From Antechinus flavipes (lineage: Eukaryota), in contig NC_067399.1 of NCBI RefSeq assembly GCF_016432865.1, positions 514,414,001 to 514,478,000 on the forward strand: a stretch of DNA of 64,000 bases, in the 5' to 3' direction. Below the pieces are notes generated by a model. The model did not search any database and was not told where the DNA came from. It saw nothing but the letters and a program-made list of their open reading frames with translations. Each line of letters opens with the position of its first letter. Position 1 is the first letter of the stretch. The position numbers and the translations under genes are program-made. Positions 57,864-64,000 of the stretch are shown here, one piece after another.

Positions 57864-58262
57864 AGAGTCTGTATCGAATTTGACATGGTAGTTGTAGCAC
57901 TATCCTGCTTGTATCCCTTTCTGGAAAGCCTTTTATAATATAGAAAAACAATCAGACAAAACTGAACGCAATCGGGTCGGCTGCGTATATGGCATTCCGC
58001 AACCATGGCTCCCCTACCTCTCCAAGGGAAGGAGAAAGGAGCATTTCTTGTCTTTTCTCAGGGCCAACATTGGTCGTTATAATTACACAGAATTTGGCTT
58101 TTTTAAAACTGTCCTTTTTATTTGGGTTATCGCTCCGGTAATTCTTATCAGGTTGGGCCCCGCTGCTGGAGCCAGCTGGGGATGGCTGGGGAGGCGGCAG
58201 GTTCTGGCCATTCCCGGCGCGGGGAGCCCGCTGCTGCAGGCTCAGGACGCTTCTGCCCGCAG

Positions 58263-58415
58263 GCTCTGACCTTCATCATGGCCATGTGCTTTGCTGCCTC
58301 CGTCTCGGCCTACATGGCGGCGCCCCTGCTTGAGTTCCTCATCACGCTGGCCTTCATCTTCCTCTACGCCACCCACTACTACCTGCGCTTCCAGCGCCTC
58401 AACTGGCCCTGCTTG
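58263..58415 (+). CDS. CMTM5: CMTM5 exon 2
   Basis: cgcAG|ALTFIMAMCFAASVSAYMAAPLLEFLITLAFIFLYATHYYLRFQRLNWPCL|GTGAGA. Confidence 0.97.
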
Positions 58416-59146
58416 GTGAGAAGTTCCCGGGCTCGGGGCTCTGCCCTCCCTTCTTCCCTTGGTGCTCCCGGCCGGGCCGCCCTCTCCCTCTGCCTCCCCC
58501 TCTTTAACTTCTCAGTTCGGGGCCTTGGGGAATCTTTTTTAGAAAGACAGAAAAAGTTCTTAGGTGACTCAAAAACAACCGAGCTCGTCCACGTCTGTTG
58601 CGGCTGAGTCATTCGATCATAGACTTTTATAAGTAGGGAACATAAATATATTTATAAATAGGGAGACTGAGGCCCGCAGGAGAAAGTGACTTCCAAGGAA
58701 ACAGTGGGGGAGTGGGCAGATTTGGAAGCTAATCTGAGTCCTTGAAGCCCTTCTTCCCCTCCCTTTCCCAACGTTCCATCCTCTCGTTTGTTTTCTGACC
58801 CGCCATCCCACCTCTAAGCCCGGGCGCCCAGTCTGACTCTCAGGCTTCTCAGGAAGGCCCAGCACCACAGGTCCGAAGCTTCCCGTGGGCAATTTGCCCT
58901 CACGCCTTCTTGTTCTAGCCTGCCAACGGGGGTGGGGGAGGGGGTGTTACACTTCCGGGTAAGGGGGTCTTTCCAGTTTCAAGCCCTGTTGCAAGGCAGG
59001 TGCGCAAGGCCGCGAGCTGGGGGCGAGGTGGGCGTTCCTCTCTGAATTCTCTTCCCTCAGCCTCCCCACTCTCCCACCCGTCACGGGTGGGGCCCTAGCT
59101 TCCTCAGCATCGGTCCTCCCTTGACTCTTCATCCTCGCCCCGCCAG

Positions 59147-59239
59147 GACTTCCTCCGCTGCGTCAGCGCCGTGGTCATCCTCCTCGTCGTGTCCTTCGCG
59201 GCCGTAGCCTCTCGGGAGGGACCCGCCATCGCCGCCTTC
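59147..59239 (+). CDS. CMTM5: CMTM5 exon 3
   Basis: gccAG|DFLRCVSAVVILLVVSFAAVASREGPAIAAF|GTGAGT. Confidence 0.97.
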
Positions 59240-59440
59240 GTGAGTGCTCCGCAGCCCCCTGCGCAGCCCCCTTGCCGCGGCCCTCCCCAGAGCGCCTCGC
59301 GGGCGGACAGCCTGAGCCCTGGTTGTCTGGGGAAGGGGCCGGGCAGTGTGAGGTGGGGTGCCCCTCAGTCTCCTCCCTCCCTGTCCGCCTCCATCCTCTA
59401 ACTCACAAAGTGCCGTTTGTGCCCCCTCCGCCCTCCCCAG

Positions 59441-59525
59441 GTTTTCGGAGTTATCGTTGTTTTCGTCTTTGTCTACGATGCCTTCAAGATCTACCAGGCA
59501 GAGATGGCGCCCAGCCCTCCCCAGG
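59441..59525 (+). CDS. CMTM5: CMTM5 exon 4
   Basis: cccAG|VFGVIVVFVFVYDAFKIYQAEMAPSPPQ|GTGAGT. Confidence 0.96.
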
Positions 59526-59637
59526 GTGAGTGGGTCCAGCCCAGAGCCGTCGTCCTCTCGCTGGCCCCTGAGGAGAAGCGGTACGGAGGGAGGGCTTAGC
59601 CCGAGTCCTCATGCTCTCTGTGCTACCTTTTCTCTAG

Positions 59638-59651
59638 GAGAACCCCAGTAG
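59638..59651 (+). CDS. CMTM5: CMTM5 exon 5 (GEPQ-stop)
   Basis: ttttctctAG|GAGAACCCCAGTAG, phase 1. Confidence 0.88.
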
Positions 59652-59959
59652 GACCCAACCCCAAAGTTCTGGTTTCTCCCATGAATCCTGCAGTTCCTAA
59701 AAGCTTCCGAAACCTGCTGGATTTCCAGGAACTCCCCTGCCCGAGAGAAATCAGCAGGGGGACAGAGTCCCCCCGGGGCCACCAAGCCCACAGAATCTCC
59801 AGTGGGTCTTCAGCCAGCTCTCCCGCAGCAAGACCCGGGTTGCCACTGGACCGAAGCCGGCAGACTGACGCTGGTGGTTGGGTGGGAAGCGAAGGAAAAG
59901 AGAGACAAGTTGGGGAAAGGGTTGGGTCTGGTTAATCCCTCAGGTCCCAGACTTCATAA

Positions 59960-59965
59960 ATTAAA
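59960..59965 (+). terminator. CMTM5: CMTM5 poly(A) signal (ATTAAA)
   Basis: ATTAAA ~310 nt after the stop, GU-rich sequence downstream. Confidence 0.65.
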
Positions 59966-60576
59966 GGTGTCAAATCTTGGGCCCGAGTCTGTCTTATTCC
60001 CAGTAAGTTGGGTAAGTTCTGAATATAGAGGCGGTTTTTTCCTGGAAGACGTGTGTGTGTGTGTGTGTGTGTGTTGGTAAAAGAGGGAGGAGATCAACAA
60101 AAAAACAGAAAATAATATATATGTCTAGAGAGCTGTAAATCTGGTGAGAGAAAAATTATTTATACTTTAAATACTTACAGAGAGTAACAGATATGGGAAG
60201 AAAAAACAATGGCATACAAGTATCTAGAGAGAGATACAGAGAGAGCAAACTTTGTTCACTTTGGATAGTAAATAACTGGTTTAAAAACAGATTTAGATTT
60301 TTGGACCAATAAAATATAAGTATAAAGGGCTCTTGTCCAGGGATGGTAAAAAATGTATTGTTAAAATGTATCTCATGAGAAGCATACTCCTTTTTTTTCT
60401 TGTGTGTCTTAGTAAATATATGAATTTTCTAGAAGAGGTCTCTCTTGAGTCCTTATTGTAGCATTCTCTTTTTTTCTGACATTCATGACTATGAGGAATA
60501 AAGAATTGATATCCCATTGCTGAGAAAGCTCACAACTATGCCTTTAGGTTTCACCTTTAAATGAGAAATCCCTCCT

Positions 60577-60583
60577 AAAGAAG

Positions 60584-60636
<53 letters not shown>
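60577..60636. repeat. (TG)n microsatellite (a shorter one at 60051-60073)
   Basis: Direct TG run of ~30 units. Confidence 0.95.
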
Positions 60637-60639
<3 letters not shown>

Positions 60640-60974
60640 AAAGGAAGAGAGAAAAGGGAGGTTACAGAGAGATTTCCCTGGAGAGAATCTGATCCAACCA
60701 TGCAATACCTGTACAGACGCAACACATGCAAGCGAGAAATGGCATTAGATTGAGACACAGAAAAAATAAGGGAAATGAAGCTTTCTACTGACTGGAGACA
60801 TCAGAAACCCTGGAGAGGAGGTGGATAGGCTAGAAAGGGAAAAAAAAAAAAAAAAAAACTTTCAGTGGATAGCTGAAAGAGGTGGAGGTTCACAGAAAGG
60901 AAGAGTTGTTTGGTTCTCCAAGCATTTGTAACATGAAGTACTTAGGGTGAGGATAGGGCATCAAAGAGTATGAA

Positions 60975-61165
60975 GTTTAAAGTATTGTTTAGGTTCTCAG
61001 GAACTTTTTTTTTGTCATGGATCCTTCCATCAAAATAATGTTTTTAGATGTATAAGACAAAATGTATAATATCTTAAAGGAAGTCAATTATGTTGAAATA
61101 TAGTTATCGAATATATAAAAAGTAAGAAAACAAGTTCTTGGATCCCAGGTTAAAAATCCCTTAGC
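60975..61165. mobile_element. hAT-type MITE copy
   Basis: ttttgtcatggatcc...ttgaaatatagttatc...cccaggttaaaaatccct, reverse-oriented relative of 52137-52338. Confidence 0.6.
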
Positions 61166-61169
61166 TTTA

Positions 61170-61700
61170 GAGAAACAAAAACCAAATTCCAGTGTTCACA
61201 GAGGAATCCTGATTGGGCAAAAAATTGAGTCAAATTAAGATGTACTCAGGAATATACTTGGGTAGGGATGTGAGATATAGCAGTAGATGCTGAGAATTCT
61301 AAGAATTGAATCAGGTTCATGAGAGCTGGACCTCATGTGAACCCAGAGATTTAGTAAAGAGTCACAAATGACAAACATTTACCTAAAGATTGTAAACTCA
61401 GAGCTTGAAACTGAAAAGGAAGGAGGAAAGATAAAACTGACACGAATATTCTCTAACATATGCCACTAAGATTGGCTACAAGGGAAAGAAACAAATAGCC
61501 CTTAAAATGTCTAAGAATTTTAGACAGGACACAAAAATTCAAGAAAGGAACCATATTATCATTGGTTGACAAGAAAGGCAATCTAAAAATACTAAAGTAA
61601 GGAAACCAATTGGACCTCATAGGTATCACTGAAGGTGGGATTCCTAACTGGATATGGCTTTAGAAAAGGTTTATCTTATTTGACATGAATGCACTAGGCA
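61170..61700 (+). mobile_element. CR1/L3-like LINE relic (degenerate endonuclease region)
   Basis: ttggacctcataggtatcactgaaggtggg (LDLIGITE, resembles the CR1 ORF2 DLIGITETW motif). Confidence 0.45.
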
Positions 61701-62070
61701 AAAGCATGGTTTGGTGTGGGGGAGGGATGGATGGGAGAGAGGACATGTAGGTAGGAAGAAATGTTTAGAATTTGGGTGACAAGCAACCAATTTGATGAAG
61801 GTAGAAGTAATATTGTCATTTCCCCCAAACTCACCCCTCTTTCAAACTTTCCTATTTCTTTGGAAGACACCACCAATCTTCCAGTCTCCTAAGTTCATAA
61901 GCACAGTATTATCCTTGTCTTCTCGTTTGTCCTTACCCATATCTATGTGATTAATTGGCAATCCTGTTCTACCTCCCCAATATCTCTTGGATCTGACCTT
62001 TTCTCTCTACTGATACATCCCCTATGTTCAGACCCTCATCAGCTCTCACTGAGATTATTGCAATGCCCTC

Positions 62071-62686
62071 TGTAGGAAAAGTGTTTGGAAAAATTATTAT
62101 ATTGTTTAAATCCCAACCCTATGTAATTAAAGGTTGTCTACACTCATAATGTCACCTGACCTCAATAACTTTAAAAATGTTAGAGATAGCTACTAAGGTA
62201 TTGCACATTCTCCCTGGTCCTGGACTCACCCCAAACAGGACTTATAATGGATTTATCCAAGCTTGTGTTTTAGCTTCACCTAAATTTCACTGAGAATTTA
62301 CAGTCATTCATGTCTATCTTGATCTCTTTTGCTTTCAAGTTATCCTCTTGCAACTTTGTTTAAACACATACATGTAGTTCACATACTGGTGCCTTTGCCT
62401 ACACTTTATATAATGTAAACCTTCTAGAGCCTGGATGAGAGGGAGCCATATCTCCTTTCTGGCTCTGTCTCCGCTACCAAATGACATAATGATTTGTGTC
62501 CCATGATTTGTGAGAGAGGCAATTTGGGTTAAGTGACTTACCCAGGATCACACAGCTAGGGTGTCTGAGGCCATATTTGTACTCAGGTCCTCCCAACTTC
62601 GGAGTTGGTGCTCTATCCACTGTGCCATCTAGCTGCCCATACATTTCTCTCTCAAGCTATTTCAGATTTTGGGGTCTATTCTCACA
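62071..62686 (+). mobile_element. Degraded LTR-like insertion
   Basis: Starts TGTAGG, ends TTCTCACA, TATA-like TTTATATAA at ~62405; sits at the L2 breakpoint; no clear TSD or poly(A) signal. Confidence 0.4.
62516..62638 (-). mobile_element. WSINE1-like SINE nested in the LTR-like insertion
   Basis: Reverse complement gggcagctagatggcacagtggatagagcacc...ggaggacctgagtacaaat. Confidence 0.85.
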
Positions 62687-62900
62687 ACCAGCACTTCCTA
62701 ACTTGTCTCCTTGCTCATAGTCTCTCTCCTCTCCAGCCTATCCTCCACCTAGCCATCAAAGTGATTTTCTTTAAATTCAGATCTGATCATATCATTCCTG
62801 TCCTCAATAAACTCCATCGATTTCCAATTGCCTCTCAAATAAGATACAGAGTCCTCTGTTTAGTTTTTCAGCCTGTTACCACTTGATCCCAACCTTTTCC

Positions 62901-63373
62901 TGTAATGTTCTCTTCTTAAATTTAATGTTTTCCGAGAACCTTAGTTTCAGTTCAGTATAATAATCACCCAAATGCAGCCAGGAGCTAAAAGTTCAGATCC
63001 TTTATTGTCTCCTTTAAAATAGCCCGATTAGCTTTCTTAGAGGCCTATCTCCCTCCTTGGTTCTGAAAGCTCTTGCCGCTAGTCCTTTGTTTCTCCCAGC
63101 TTCAACCTCCAGCTCTCGCTGAATCCAAAGCCTCCAGCCAGTACAAAGGTAGAAGTTGGAATGAATTGACTCTGCCTCTGAGAGAGTGGGCTTGTGGGCT
63201 TCTGACTTGTGAATCTCCTGGACTCCTCCTTATATATGCTCTCTAAAGGTGTGAACTCTAATGTATGAACTCTCTTAAAAGTGTGAACTCTAAAGGTGTG
63301 AACTAAGTACATAAGCATTGTCTCCATCAATTCCAGTGAGTTAGCATCTTGTTTCAAGTTCTGGCCCATAACC
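62901..63373 (-). mobile_element. Solo LTR (473 bp) of an endogenous retrovirus
   Basis: TGTAATG...CATAAC(C) ends, TTTTCC duplication (62895-62900 / 63374-63379), TATA box at ~63229-63236 and AATAAA at 63001-63006 on -, four GTGTGAACTC-like U3 repeats. Confidence 0.75.
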
Positions 63374-63882
63374 TTTTCCCATCTTTGCTGTATTATAGCC
63401 TCTCTTCTCTACTTTATGATCAAACTAAATTGGGCTTGTCTCTCTCTCACATAGAGTAGTCCATTTCCCATCTCAGAGCCTCAGTACTCTATATTTTCTA
63501 AGCATGGATAACATTCCTTCCTCCTCTCAAACTCATAGAATTCCTTCTCTTCCTTTAAGATGCAGTCCAAATACCACCTTCTACCAGAAGCCTTTCTTGA
63601 GTGTGGTCTGAACCAGATTAAAATATAATTGGAAAATATTTGACAAAACCAACAAAATGCAGTAAGACAGAGCTAATAGTACATTTTAAAACTAAGCCAA
63701 TATGTAGCCTGCAGAGGTCCTTATGTATAGTTTAATGATCCACATTTCTATGTGAGTTTGAACCACTGTGCCAGAGGATGGATCTTCCCCACCTGCAATA
63801 TGGGATACCCTTAGGTCTCATGTAATGGAAGAAAAGACAAGGAGCAGGCAGAAAGGACAAAGGCATTGCATCTGACAGCATG

Positions 63883-63888
63883 TTTATT
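63883..63888 (-). terminator. MYH6: MYH6 poly(A) signal
   Basis: TTTATT on +, 70 nt past the stop. Confidence 0.8.
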
Positions 63889-63958
63889 GTGCATTGATCA
63901 TTCTGGACCCTAGGGGTGGAGGAGAATGAGGGTCTTGCTTAAGTTGGAGGGAGGAGGC

Positions 63959-63979
63959 TTACTCCTCATCATGCATTTT
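63959..63979 (-). CDS. MYH6: Cardiac alpha myosin heavy chain, last coding exon (KMHDEE-stop)
   Basis: Minus strand tttctttttctacAG|AAA ATG CAT GAT GAG GAG TAA; MYH6-specific C-terminus, short 3'UTR, syntenic position after CMTM5. Confidence 0.9.
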   Translation of the reverse strand, partial: KMHDEE

Positions 63980-64000
63980 CTGTAGAAAAAGAAAATCGGA

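Larger units (their letters stand above)
61720..63600 (+). mobile_element. LINE-2 relic in three pieces (~61720-62070, 62690-62900, 63374-63600) interrupted by LTRs and a SINE
   Basis: L2 text breaks at gattattgcaatgccctc and resumes at cttcctaacttgtctcc; later gaagcctttcttga. Confidence 0.7.

Noticed and set aside
50805-58263. In-phase splice of IL25 exon 1 (MHW) to CMTM5 exon 2
   Set aside because: Phase match alone is weak evidence; it would have to skip two exons and a poly(A) site.
19818-62638. tRNA-like A/B boxes at several positions as possible tRNA genes
   Set aside because: All are SINE heads continuing into CORE or SINE bodies; no cloverleaf tRNA, rRNA, snoRNA or CRISPR array was recognised.
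62501-62654. Inverted TGAGAGAG / CTCTCTCA flanking the nested SINE
   Set aside because: 8-bp low-complexity match; SINEs make direct, not inverted, duplications.

Overview
Marsupial genomic DNA, probably a dasyurid, judged from WSINE1-type SINEs and marsupial L1 3' ends; the draft assembly has 3 N-gaps. The window is syntenic with human 14q11.2. Gene order reconstructed by hand from splice sites and reading phase: CpG promoter at the left edge (PPP1R3E expected by synteny, not seen); BCL2L2 (+, CDS 4039-5323, 193 aa); PABPN1 (+, start and stop codons fall in N-gaps, visible CDS 11008-14832); SLC22A17 (-, 27404-23302, 563 aa from the first in-frame ATG); EFS (-, 38297-29522, 563 aa); IL25 (+, 50797-53461, 176 aa); CMTM5 (+, 55192-59651, 153 aa); and the last coding exon of MYH6 (-, 63979-63959, absent from the ORF track). 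Intergenic and intronic DNA holds truncated L1s with target-site duplications, L2, MIR, CR1 and hAT relics, tRNA-derived SINEs, a solo LTR and microsatellites. I found no wholly new gene system. The best leads are regulatory: a 15-codon uORF in BCL2L2, a dense TCYAGA array in the BCL2L2 3'UTR, an in-phase BCL2L2-PABPN1 read-through junction, a frame-broken SLC22A17 N-terminus that also lacks the eutherian start Met, two alternative IL25 N-termini, and a solo LTR facing CMTM5. All comparisons to human or rodent sequence are from memory and need a real alignment.
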